Assembly (NCBI GenBank): GCA_029253965.1
Contig: JAQWYM010000059.1
Span: forward strand, 1 to 47,567
DNA from: Gammaproteobacteria bacterium
Lineage (GTDB): Bacteria > Pseudomonadota > Gammaproteobacteria > UBA4575
Direction: 5' to 3'
DNA: 47,567 nt
Shown: one piece after another, positions 21,313 to 30,521 of the stretch
How the letters are laid out: the number at the start of each line of letters is the position of its first letter
Numbering within the stretch: position 1 is the stretch's first letter
Program-made: the position numbers and the translations under genes
Notes under the pieces: model-generated
What the model saw: only the letters and a program-made list of their open reading frames with translations
Databases searched by the model: none
Told to the model about the DNA's origin: nothing

Positions 21313-22149
21313 CTATTGCGCATTTGGGAAAAACAGTTGATCACCATCAATATGATAATCTGCAATCGCCTGCTGCCCACGGTCTGTCAGTAACCAGTCT
21401 GCAAAACGCTGTGCCAACGCTAACTTAACATGTGTATGTCGTGCTGGATTAACGACGATCACACTGTATTGATTATGCAATGGCGGATCACCCTCAAACA
21501 GCAGACGATAGTCCTGTTTATTACCAAAATTCAACCACGTCGCTCGATCACTCAAGGTGTAGGCCTGTAACGCCACTGAGGCATTCAAGGTTGCCCCCAT
21601 GCCTGCACCCACCTCTTTGTACCAGCCACCGCTGGCACCACTGACTGAGATGCCAGCAGAGCGCCATAATTCTAATTCTTTAGTATGCGTACCACTATCA
21701 TCTCCGCGCGAAACAAAACTGCTACCGACTTTAACAATACGTTGTAACGATTCTTTTACTGTCTCAGACTTAGCCACATCTGCTGGGTCTGAAGCTGGTC
21801 CAACAATAACAAAATCGTTATACATAAACTGATGCCGTTGCAAACCAAAACCCTGAGCAACAAATTTTTCTTCTCGCGCCTTAGCATGCACAACAAGCAC
21901 ATCAGCATCACCATTCTCAGCATTACGTAAGGCTTGGCCAGTACCCACCGCAACGACACGCACATCAATTCCAGTGTCTGTTTTAAACAATGGGATCAGA
22001 TAATCATAGAGACCAGAATTTTTTGTCGAGGTGGTTGATTGCAGTAGAATAAAATCATCATCAGCAAAAAGTGCAGCGCAATAAAAAAAGCTGATTAACA
22101 GCACTAATGAAGGCAGGCGCATAGGTTTAATTTTAGTATTCTTTAGCAT
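21313..22149 (-). CDS. tupA: tungstate ABC transporter substrate-binding protein TupA-like
   Basis: STTSTKNSGL, VAVGTGQAL, DADVLVVHA, MYNDFVIVGP, FVSRGDDSGTH, YTLSDRATW; signal peptide. Confidence 0.88.
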   Translation of the reverse strand: MLKNTKIKPMRLPSLVLLISFFYCAALFADDDFILLQSTTSTKNSGLYDYLIPLFKTDTGIDVRVVAVGTGQALRNAENGDADVLVVHAKAREEKFVAQGFGLQRHQFMYNDFVIVGPASDPADVAKSETVKESLQRIVKVGSSFVSRGDDSGTHTKELELWRSAGISVSGASGGWYKEVGAGMGATLNASVALQAYTLSDRATWLNFGNKQDYRLLFEGDPPLHNQYSVIVVNPARHTHVKLALAQRFADWLLTDRGQQAIADYHIDGDQLFFPNAQ

Positions 22150-22174
22150 TAAATCATGGCTCAGTCAGTAATGG

Positions 22175-23398
22175 CTACTCGACTAGCTGTTGAATAGAGA
22201 GGATCACTTCATGTTCAGCCTGCTGATCAAAGTTAACTGTAGATGCTGCTGAAATAAGATCACCGGCTTGGCTGATCGCCTGTCCACTAGGAGAGATCCT
22301 AGCCAACACTTCAACCTGCTCGAAACTACGCAGAGTCATACTCGGCAACATTGAACTAGCCTCGGTTAGATCGACTTGAATCGGGAGAGCTGACAAGGGA
22401 ACGCGCACCAAAGACAGTGGCATTTTTGGGCCATTTTTTGCGCGTGCATAAATAAATACAGTGTCGCTGGCTTGATAATTTTTAGCTAGCTCTGCAGCAA
22501 CAGTAACTTGCACATGAAGTATCCGCGGTAGACTTCCCTGCACCTCAGGCTCTGTTGTTAATCCAGCTTTTTCACGTGCGTCAGCAACAAACTTATTCAA
22601 TGACTCACGCACATCATCTCTATCTGCAGGCACCAAACTGAGTAGTATCTGCCAATAGTCAACTGCCGCTTGATAATCATCAACACTGTAGGCTGCATAA
22701 CCCGCATACCAAAGCGCTCGCTCATGTTTGGGGTTAACAGCAAGGGCTTGTGTTAATAAGGTATTCTCAACTGAACCAAAGACACCCTCGTTAGCAAATG
22801 AAGAGGTTTCTGCAAGTAAGACTAAGAGGTCGGGATCCGAGTAATTAGCTAAAGCTGCCGCCTGCGAATAGGCCGCTACAGCCTTATCAAACTGCTGCAT
22901 GACGACATAGGATTGGCCGAGTATCTTCCAGCCTTCTATATCATCTGGCTTATTGTCTAAACGTTGCTCAAGATCACTGATTGATTGTTGAATGGTCTGC
23001 GTCTGCTGCGCTAACTTTTGTTGTTCGTTATATTCATCATTAGCGACATAAGTTGTGAATTGCTGATAAAGCAATATTGTAGACAGCGGCAAAGCGATAG
23101 TCAGCAGTATAACCATGCCAAGGTTACTGCGTTTTTGAGTTGAACTAACATTATCCGTAATGGCCACATCTGAGAGTAGACTGCGTTGTAGTTCCTGCTC
23201 ACTCTGCTGGTACTCAGAGGGATCTAATAAACCCTGCTCGAGATCAGCCTGCAGTTCATCAAGCTTACTTTCGTATAACGCTTTATTGACCTGCACACGG
23301 GATACCTGCGCAGATTCCCTTTGTCGTATTAAGGGCAGAATAATAAAGCCTAACCCTATTAGGGTAATCGCGGCTGCAGCCAACCAAAACAATGTCAT
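22175..23398 (-). CDS. ccmI: cytochrome c biogenesis TPR protein CcmI/CycH
   Basis: N-terminal TM, ELQADLEQGLL, TPR region GWKILGQSY, C-terminal VFIYARAKNGPKMPL..ARISPSG. Confidence 0.9.
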   Translation of the reverse strand: MTLFWLAAAAITLIGLGFIILPLIRQRESAQVSRVQVNKALYESKLDELQADLEQGLLDPSEYQQSEQELQRSLLSDVAITDNVSSTQKRSNLGMVILLTIALPLSTILLYQQFTTYVANDEYNEQQKLAQQTQTIQQSISDLEQRLDNKPDDIEGWKILGQSYVVMQQFDKAVAAYSQAAALANYSDPDLLVLLAETSSFANEGVFGSVENTLLTQALAVNPKHERALWYAGYAAYSVDDYQAAVDYWQILLSLVPADRDDVRESLNKFVADAREKAGLTTEPEVQGSLPRILHVQVTVAAELAKNYQASDTVFIYARAKNGPKMPLSLVRVPLSALPIQVDLTEASSMLPSMTLRSFEQVEVLARISPSGQAISQAGDLISAASTVNFDQQAEHEVILSIQQLVE

Positions 23399-23401
23399 CG
23401 T

Positions 23402-23851
23402 TTAATCATCTCTATCTTTTATTACAGCGTTTACTTGTCTTTTCTCGGCATCTGTCAGCGCACTACTTTTAGCCGTTTTATTATTCGACCGCACCACCTG
23501 TCTTATCCCTATGAGTCCAGCTAATAGGAGTATAAAAGGTCCAAACCAAAGCAACCAGGTGCGTGGTTTAACTGGTGGATTGTATAAAACGAAATCACCA
23601 TAGCGATCAGACATAAAGGTATATATTTGTTCATTGCTGCGTCCTTCCTCAAGCATTCGCTTAACCTCAAGCCTGAGGTCATCAGCTAAGCCAGAACCGG
23701 AATCCGCCAGTGTTTGGTTTTGACAAACCAGACAACGCAGTTCATGTAGAAGGCTGTTGTAGCGTTGTTGGTATTCGGGTGCGACCGTGACAATCTGTGC
23801 CTCAGCCAGACCAATCCATAAACCTAGTATTAATATGAAAGCACGACTCAT
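23402..23851 (-). CDS. ccmH: cytochrome c biogenesis protein CcmH
   Basis: LRCLVCQNQTLADS, RYGDFVLYNPP. Confidence 0.95.
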   Translation of the reverse strand: MSRAFILILGLWIGLAEAQIVTVAPEYQQRYNSLLHELRCLVCQNQTLADSGSGLADDLRLEVKRMLEEGRSNEQIYTFMSDRYGDFVLYNPPVKPRTWLLWFGPFILLLAGLIGIRQVVRSNNKTAKSSALTDAEKRQVNAVIKDRDD

Positions 23852-24381
23852 AGAGCCTCCCTACGCAGACGCTGAATAATCGGCAAAAAATCGCGTTGCC
23901 AGATTTTATCGTTCATTACACCGACCCGCTTATACCGAATGACACCTTTAGCGTCGATCAGAAAGGTTTCTGGCGCCCCATAGACACCAAAATCAATAGC
24001 AATACGGCCATCATCATCGGCGATAGAGAAGACATAGGGATTGCCTTCATCACGCAACCAAGAGCGTGCCTCAGTTTTATCCGTCTCTTTGTAGTTTAAG
24101 CCATAGATTGGAATATCGGTATTTATGGCTAAGGCGACTAAGTCAGGATGTTCCTGTTTACACGCAGGACACCAGGTAGCCCAGACATTGAGTAAGGCGA
24201 TCTCACCGATTATGTCGGCTTCAGTCACTGTTTTATGCGCATCAAAAAGCGTCGAAGCGCTAAAACTAGGCATTGATTTACCCACCAGCGGTGATGACAC
24301 CAGACTCGGGTCTTTATAGAGACCGACAAAGAGAAAGCCACTAATAATAAAAAATAATAAGGCTGGAATTAAGGACTTCAT
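23848..24381 (-). CDS. ccmG: thiol:disulfide interchange protein CcmG/DsbE
   Basis: NVWATWCPAC, FGVYGAPETFLID. Confidence 0.95.
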   Translation of the reverse strand: MKSLIPALLFFIISGFLFVGLYKDPSLVSSPLVGKSMPSFSASTLFDAHKTVTEADIIGEIALLNVWATWCPACKQEHPDLVALAINTDIPIYGLNYKETDKTEARSWLRDEGNPYVFSIADDDGRIAIDFGVYGAPETFLIDAKGVIRYKRVGVMNDKIWQRDFLPIIQRLRREAL

Positions 24382-26339
24382 GCGTTGACTGGCTTGGTTT
24401 TACGTTGCGCTCGATAACGACGATCTAAAGCGCCAACAATGCCACCTAAGGCCATTAACAAACACCCCACCCAAATCCATTGAATGAAAGGTCGATAATA
24501 GACTCTCAGTCCCCATTCATTACGTGTCACAGGCTCACCAAGAGCAACATATAAGTCTGCAAAGACACCGGTATAGATACTTGCCTCAGTCATAGCGTTT
24601 CGCTGCACGCTGTAGATACGTTTTTCGGGCAGTAGTGTTATCAGTAACTGTTGCTCTTTCTCGACCCGAATGGAGCCACGCATGGCATCATAATTTGGTC
24701 CTTTTACAGGGCCCACACCTTCCAAGATAAAATCGTATCCAGCAACACTAATCTTCTCACCGACTTTCACCGCCTGCTCTGCTTGCTCACTAAAAGCACT
24801 AGTAAAGACCACACCAATTATAAAGATACCCATGCCGAAATGAGCTAGGAGCATGCCATACATAGCTTTGGGTACTTTGGCATAGGCCTTAAGTAGCGAT
24901 GTTTTAGCATCACGCTTATGTGTCAAACGCACTACCGCAAAGATAGAGCTTAAGATCACCCAAGCCGCTGCAGCAATACCAACCGCAGTCATCACCGTGT
25001 TATTGCCATAAATAGCTAATGGCAAGACGACACCGACAACTATGGCTAAGGCAGCCAGCACCTTGAGTCGGTTAAGTAACTCACCGAGCTTTTCACGACG
25101 CCACTTAGCAACCGGACCCAGTGCCATCATGAAAACTAAAGGTAACATCAATGGTACAAAAACTGCTTCAAAGTAAGGTGCGCCTACTGATGACTTTGGC
25201 ATGCCTAAGGCATCTTCGAATAGTGGATATAAGGTGCCAATAAGGATGGTCAACATAGCGACAATCAAAAGCACATTATTCACTAGCAACATGGTTTCTT
25301 TTGAGACAATCTCATATTGACTGGTTGAGGAGAAACGCATCGCACGCCAGGCATAGAGAGTCAGTGAACTACCCACTACGACGGCAAGAAAACCAAGGAT
25401 ATAAACACCACGTGCAGGATCACTAGCGAAGGAATGCACGGATACCAAAACACCTGAGCGCACTAAAAAAGTCCCTAACAAACTTAAGGAGAAGACAATA
25501 ATAGACAGCAGTATTGTCCAGCTTTTAAAGGTAGAACGTTTTTCTGTTACCGCCAATGAATGAATTAAAGCGGTTCCAGCCAGCCATGGCATGAAGGATG
25601 CGTTCTCGACGGGGTCCCAAAACCACCAACCGCCCCAGCCTAGTTCGTGATAAGCCCACCAGCTGCCTAGTGCAATACCGATGGTTAAAAAGACCCAAGC
25701 CAAGTTGGCCCAGGGTCGTGACCAGCGCACCCAAGCTGAGTCCAACTCACCACTGATCAGAGCGGCTATGGCAAAAGCAAAGGCGACCGAGAAACCAACA
25801 TAGCCCATGTATAGCATCGGCGGGTGAATCACTAGGCCAGGGTCTTGTAGTAAGGGGTTTAGATCGCGTCCTTGTAATGCTGCTGGGAACAAGCGATCAA
25901 ACGGATTTGATGTCGCCAAAGTAAAGAGTATAAAACCAATACTGATCATACCCATTACGCTAAGCACACGCGCTAATAGGTCTTGTGGCAGACTGCGGCT
26001 AAAGATAGCAACAGCAAAACTCCATCCAGACAAAGCGAGAACCCAGAGTAATAGAGAACCTTCATGTGCACCCCAGACTGCAGAGATACGGTATTGAATC
26101 GGTAACGCAGTATTTGAATTATTAGCGACATAGAGCACAGAAAAATCATTGACGACAAAACTGTAAGCAAGACAAACAAAGGCTAATAGTAGGAATAAAA
26201 ATTGCCCGATAGCCGTACTTCGCCCGACCGCCATCCAATTAGCATTGTTTGTACTGGCTCCGATCAGTGGAATACTCGACTGCGCAATCGCTAAGCAGAG
26301 CGCCATTACTAGAGCAAAGTGCCCAATTTCTGGAATCAT
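24378..26339 (-). CDS. ccmF: heme lyase CcmF
   Basis: MIPEIGHF, WGAHEGSLLLW, HPPMLYMGYVG, WWD domain WGGWWFWDPVENAS, SVHSFASDP. Confidence 0.97.
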   Translation of the reverse strand: MIPEIGHFALVMALCLAIAQSSIPLIGASTNNANWMAVGRSTAIGQFLFLLLAFVCLAYSFVVNDFSVLYVANNSNTALPIQYRISAVWGAHEGSLLLWVLALSGWSFAVAIFSRSLPQDLLARVLSVMGMISIGFILFTLATSNPFDRLFPAALQGRDLNPLLQDPGLVIHPPMLYMGYVGFSVAFAFAIAALISGELDSAWVRWSRPWANLAWVFLTIGIALGSWWAYHELGWGGWWFWDPVENASFMPWLAGTALIHSLAVTEKRSTFKSWTILLSIIVFSLSLLGTFLVRSGVLVSVHSFASDPARGVYILGFLAVVVGSSLTLYAWRAMRFSSTSQYEIVSKETMLLVNNVLLIVAMLTILIGTLYPLFEDALGMPKSSVGAPYFEAVFVPLMLPLVFMMALGPVAKWRREKLGELLNRLKVLAALAIVVGVVLPLAIYGNNTVMTAVGIAAAAWVILSSIFAVVRLTHKRDAKTSLLKAYAKVPKAMYGMLLAHFGMGIFIIGVVFTSAFSEQAEQAVKVGEKISVAGYDFILEGVGPVKGPNYDAMRGSIRVEKEQQLLITLLPEKRIYSVQRNAMTEASIYTGVFADLYVALGEPVTRNEWGLRVYYRPFIQWIWVGCLLMALGGIVGALDRRYRAQRKTKPVNA

Positions 26340-26341
26340 GT

Positions 26342-26806
26342 TTATTTTACCGTTGTCTTAGGGATGGAGACTGGATGTTCTCCACCGGCCGCCTTTAATG
26401 CCTCAGCAACTTCTGGTGGCATATAGTTTTCATCGTGTTTAGCCAAAACCTCTTGGGCAACAAACAAGCCGTCTGCATTGAGTTTACCCTGCGCAACAAT
26501 ACCCTGACCTTCACGAAATAAATCAGGTAGTAAGCCGGTGTATTGCACACCCACATGCCCTTGCAAATCAGTTAAAGAAAACTGTGTGGTAATACCATCT
26601 GGCATGCGCACAACGCTCCCTTCAACGACTAAACCACCAAGACGAAATAACTGATCTTGCGTGATTCCCGCCTCAGCTAGTTGTGATGGGCTGTAAAAAT
26701 ATAGTAGGTTTTTTTGGAAAGCGAACAGCGCTAAGGCGGTAGCTGCAGCAAAGCCGCTTATCAGCACAATCACAAAAATCATTCGTTGTTTACGTTTAGT
26801 CGCCAT
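26342..26806 (-). CDS. ccmE: heme chaperone CcmE
   Basis: RLGGLV, LPDLFREGQG, VLAKHDENYMPPE. Confidence 0.96.
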   Translation of the reverse strand: MATKRKQRMIFVIVLISGFAAATALALFAFQKNLLYFYSPSQLAEAGITQDQLFRLGGLVVEGSVVRMPDGITTQFSLTDLQGHVGVQYTGLLPDLFREGQGIVAQGKLNADGLFVAQEVLAKHDENYMPPEVAEALKAAGGEHPVSIPKTTVK

Positions 26807-26809
26807 TAC

Positions 26810-26962
26810 TTAGTCCTCTTCGCTGAGCTCTTGTATCTGTTGCAAGATACGCTTTCGTCGCATTGTCGCGAAAATTAGGTTCGCAAGTAATACCCCAGCA
26901 GTGAGTCCATAACAGCCCCAAACGTAGAAGGCATAACCACCCATATGGAAGAAGTCGTTCAT
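26810..26962 (-). CDS. ccmD: heme exporter protein CcmD (50 aa, absent from ORF track)
   Basis: Translated by hand: MNDFFHMGGYAFYVWGCYGLTAGVLLANLIFATMRRKRILQQIQELSEED*; MGGYAFYVW signature; ATGA overlap with the ccmC stop. Confidence 0.93.
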   Translation of the reverse strand: MNDFFHMGGYAFYVWGCYGLTAGVLLANLIFATMRRKRILQQIQELSEED

Positions 26963-27699
26963 TCTGTGTCCTTCAGCAAGGCCTTAACCCAGCTAGTGTT
27001 TCTTTCTCGTAGCAACAACTCAGCGCGTGCGCGTTTAAATAACAACGCGAAAAAATAAGCTTTAAAGGCTAAGGCCATAATTAGTAGTGGTATTAGCATG
27101 CTTGGGTGAGCTGATGGTGAGTCAAACTTACTCACTGTTGGCCCTTGGTGAAGTGTGTTCCACCACTCCACTGAGTAATGAATAATCGGGATATTAACGA
27201 TGCCAACAACGGTCAAAATTGCTGCAGCCCTTGCTCCAGCACGTTCATCATCAAAGGCACCGGATAAGGCGATGACACCAAAGTAGAGGAACAATAAGAC
27301 TAACTCAGAGGTTAAACGTGCATCCCAAACCCAATAGGCGCCCCACATAGGCTTACCCCAGAGCATTCCTGTTATCAGAGCTAGCGCAGTAAACGAGGCA
27401 CCAATAACGGCACATTGGCCAATCATGATCTCGGCCACCTTGATGCGCCATATCAGAGTGACTATGGCGGCAGATGCCATCACCATATAGCCAAACATGG
27501 AAAGCCATGCGGCTGGTACGTGCACATACATGATGCGCACGGTCTCACCCTGTTGATAGTCAGCAGGAGAGTTCAGTAAGGAGTAGTAGAGTCCAACACT
27601 CATCAGCAGGACGGCAAGAATACTCGACCATTTTTGCCAGCTGGCAGACCATGCATAGAAGTATTGTGGAGATGCGAATTTGTGTAAAAAGGTAAACAT
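26959..27699 (-). CDS. ccmC: heme exporter protein CcmC
   Basis: DYQQGETVRIMYVHVP, WGKPMWGAYWVWDARLT, IIHYSVEWWNTLHQ; start set at MFTFLHK. Confidence 0.96.
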   Translation of the reverse strand: MFTFLHKFASPQYFYAWSASWQKWSSILAVLLMSVGLYYSLLNSPADYQQGETVRIMYVHVPAAWLSMFGYMVMASAAIVTLIWRIKVAEIMIGQCAVIGASFTALALITGMLWGKPMWGAYWVWDARLTSELVLLFLYFGVIALSGAFDDERAGARAAAILTVVGIVNIPIIHYSVEWWNTLHQGPTVSKFDSPSAHPSMLIPLLIMALAFKAYFFALLFKRARAELLLRERNTSWVKALLKDTE

Positions 27700-27700
27700 C

Positions 27701-28366
27701 TTAGCTATATGAAACTCGTAAGGCCGCAACAACAGCAAACGGCACTAATAATATTGAAACAATTAAAAACGCTGCAAGTAACGCATAATAACCGCTGACC
27801 GGTTGATTTACAGCCGCTGCATTAATCGCCATGGTGGAAAATATCAGTACAGGAATATAGAAAGGAAGGGTGAGTAAGGACGATAGAACCCCTCCACCCC
27901 TCAGGCTTAGGGTTAAAGCCACGCCAACCGCCCCCAATAGGCTCAAAATCGGTGTACTGATCAGCAGAGTAATAATAAGGCTAGGCAGTGCCTGTGTGGG
28001 TAAAAACAATAAAAAAGACATCAATGGCGCAATAATGACGAGGGGGAGACCAATACTGAACCAATGCGCAGCAATTTTCGCAGCAATCAAGACCACCTTA
28101 GACCCTGGCATCAGTAGCAACTGCTCTAATGAGCCATCGTCGTAGTCCGAGCGAAACATATTATCCATCGACATCAGCGCCGCTAGTAACGCGGTAACCC
28201 AAATAACTCCAGCGGCTAATTCGGCTAAAAAAGCATGATCAGGAGTCACCCCTAATGGGAACATGCTGACCACCATGATAAAAAAAACCAAGGGATTAGC
28301 AAGCTCGCGTCGACGCCGAATCGCCAGCAGTATATCGCGCTTAAATATGAATAAAAACAATCGCAT
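27701..28366 (-). CDS. ccmB: heme exporter protein CcmB
   Basis: FRSDYDDGSLEQLLL, AKIAAHW, LTLPFYIPVLIF. Confidence 0.95.
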   Translation of the reverse strand: MRLFLFIFKRDILLAIRRRRELANPLVFFIMVVSMFPLGVTPDHAFLAELAAGVIWVTALLAALMSMDNMFRSDYDDGSLEQLLLMPGSKVVLIAAKIAAHWFSIGLPLVIIAPLMSFLLFLPTQALPSLIITLLISTPILSLLGAVGVALTLSLRGGGVLSSLLTLPFYIPVLIFSTMAINAAAVNQPVSGYYALLAAFLIVSILLVPFAVVAALRVSYS

Positions 28367-28369
28367 AGA

Positions 28370-29017
28370 TTACTTTGTTAACCTATTATCTAGATTTAAT
28401 ATACGCACTTTTGCAGACCCAAGATCCAAACTTCTATGCGTGGTTAAGATTAACATACCGCCTCGTGCTAGGTGCGCTTGTATGCGTGCTTCAACGACTG
28501 CGATGAAGTCAACATCTAAGGCCGTTAACGGCTCATCCAGTATCCACAAAGCCTGATCGGACAGAAATAACCGTGCTAATGAGACGCGTCGTTGCTGGCC
28601 TGCTGATAAGCGTGAACAAATAACGCCTAAACGCTGTCGTAGGCCGACCTGCTCTGCCAGTTCAACCATGGTGTCAGCTGCGCAGTTATTAAGCGAATAA
28701 TGCAGGCGCAAGTTTTCACGCACGCTTAACTCTTGCTTTATTGCTGCTTGATGACCGATGAATAAAAGTTCTTGCTGATAAGCGTGCTCATCATCACTAA
28801 TCGATGCGGCATTCCAGAGAACCTCACCTTCTATTGCAGGATTAAGTCCCGTAAGGATACGCAGTAGGCTGGTCTTACCACTGCCGTTAGCGCCTTGAAC
28901 CAGCATAGCCTCACCGGCCTTAAGTTCAAAGGAGACGTTATCGAATAGCAGGCGACCACCACGCTCACATTGAAGTGCGCGGGATTGCAAGTGATTGGAG
29001 TTTTCGTACTTGGACAT
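28370..29017 (-). CDS. ccmA: heme ABC exporter ATPase CcmA
   Basis: CERGGRLLF, GANGSGKTSLLR, LSAGQQRRVSLARL, WILDEP. Confidence 0.95.
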   Translation of the reverse strand: MSKYENSNHLQSRALQCERGGRLLFDNVSFELKAGEAMLVQGANGSGKTSLLRILTGLNPAIEGEVLWNAASISDDEHAYQQELLFIGHQAAIKQELSVRENLRLHYSLNNCAADTMVELAEQVGLRQRLGVICSRLSAGQQRRVSLARLFLSDQALWILDEPLTALDVDFIAVVEARIQAHLARGGMLILTTHRSLDLGSAKVRILNLDNRLTK

Positions 29018-29161
29018 TAGTGCATTAATACATACACAGGCAGTTGAGCCCTGTATGCTTCTTGTTCACTTTAAAAAAGTTGTGAATTCACGTTGTTACG
29101 TGGCTCAATATTACCTAATATATCGCTTAATTATTCGCATACTAGCACCCAAAGCAAAACA

Positions 29162-29719
29162 ATGTCAGATCGTAAAAAATACACTTTAGGCTTCATCTCC
29201 GTCTTCGGCTTTATCGCCCTCATTGGTCTTGGATTCTTTTCAGCCCTCGGCTCTTCGGTGGCGTTAGAAAAGACCAATACCGTTGAATTCTGTACCTCCT
29301 GCCACTCCATGCAGTGGGTTAAAGAGGAATGGATGGAATCAGTTCACTACAAAAACGCCTCAGGCGTTCGTGCCGGCTGTCCCGATTGCCACGTCCCACA
29401 CTCTCTGGGGCCTAAGTTAATGGCTAAGGTTATGGCAGCAAAAGATGTCTGGGGCGAAATCATGGGCACCATCGATACTGAAGAGAAGTTCGAAGAACAT
29501 CGCTGGACTATGGCTAATCGCGTCTGGGCAACCATGGAAGCTTCTGATTCACGTGAATGCCGTAGTTGTCACGCCTTTGATGCGATGGATCCAAAAGAAC
29601 AAGAAAAAACATCGCGCAAGAAACACCGGAAGGCACAAAAACGTGGGCAGACCTGTATTGAATGCCACAAAGGTGTTGCGCATGAAGAGCCAACCGAACC
29701 CGATACAGATGAAGGCTAA
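29162..29719 (+). CDS. NapC/NirT-family membrane-anchored tetrahaem cytochrome c
   Basis: N-terminal TM helix; four CXXCH motifs (CTSCH, CPDCH, CRSCH, CIECH); TNTVEFC, NASGVRAGC, HKGVAH; start set at ATG 29162. Confidence 0.93.
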   Translation: MSDRKKYTLGFISVFGFIALIGLGFFSALGSSVALEKTNTVEFCTSCHSMQWVKEEWMESVHYKNASGVRAGCPDCHVPHSLGPKLMAKVMAAKDVWGEIMGTIDTEEKFEEHRWTMANRVWATMEASDSRECRSCHAFDAMDPKEQEKTSRKKHRKAQKRGQTCIECHKGVAHEEPTEPDTDEG

Positions 29720-29849
29720 TCAGTTTAAAAAAATGAACGCCATCTCAAACCAATAAGGTGCAGAGAAATCATCAAAATAGGCGCTTAAAGTGTTGTTCTT
29801 GAGCGCTTATCTACAGCATACTATTGTTCTAACCTGAGGAGTCTTAATA

Positions 29850-30506
29850 ATGAGAATAAAAGCTACTGCAACGGCCCTGCTGTGCATGGCCTCGCTGATG
29901 AGTACGACCGCAACTGCGGATCAGGCTCGCCAAGCGATGCTAGTCAACACCTGTGTCGCCTGCCATGGAGAAAACGGAAACAGCGTTGGTCCCGCGATAC
30001 CAACTCTTGCTGGCCTATCACCGAATTATTTAATGGGCGCAATGCTAGCCTACAAATACCCAGACGCAGACAAACTCGAAGAAGTTATTGATGCGGATAT
30101 AGACTTTGAAGATGTTGAGGCCTTTAACCGTTATGGCACCATCATGAATCGCCTCGCTAGCGGCTATACAGAAGAAGAAATTAAAATGATCGCGGCTTAC
30201 TTCAGCGATCAAGAAATGCACCGTCCAGATCAAGTGTTTGATAGCGCAGCAGCCAAAAAGGGCAAAAAGCTTCATACCAAGCACTGTGAAAAGTGCCATG
30301 AAGATGAAGGTCGTGTCGCCGATGATGATACCGGTGTGCTTGCTGGCCAATGGGCACCTTACTTCCTATACAGCATGGCTGACTTCAATAACGGTGATCG
30401 AGACATGCCGAAGAAGATGAAGATCAAGCTTAAGGAAATCCAAGACAGTGTCGGTCACGCTGGCTTTGAACAACTTGCGCATTACTACGCAAGTATCACT
30501 GACTAG
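29850..30506 (+). CDS. fccA: dihaem cytochrome c subunit of flavocytochrome c sulfide dehydrogenase
   Basis: Sec signal, CVACH and CEKCH, GNSVGPAIPTLAGL, TIMNRLASGY, LAGQWAPY, DRDMPKKM; directly upstream of fccB. Confidence 0.88.
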   Translation: MRIKATATALLCMASLMSTTATADQARQAMLVNTCVACHGENGNSVGPAIPTLAGLSPNYLMGAMLAYKYPDADKLEEVIDADIDFEDVEAFNRYGTIMNRLASGYTEEEIKMIAAYFSDQEMHRPDQVFDSAAAKKGKKLHTKHCEKCHEDEGRVADDDTGVLAGQWAPYFLYSMADFNNGDRDMPKKMKIKLKEIQDSVGHAGFEQLAHYYASITD

Positions 30507-30521
30507 CCGAGGACGCAAACA

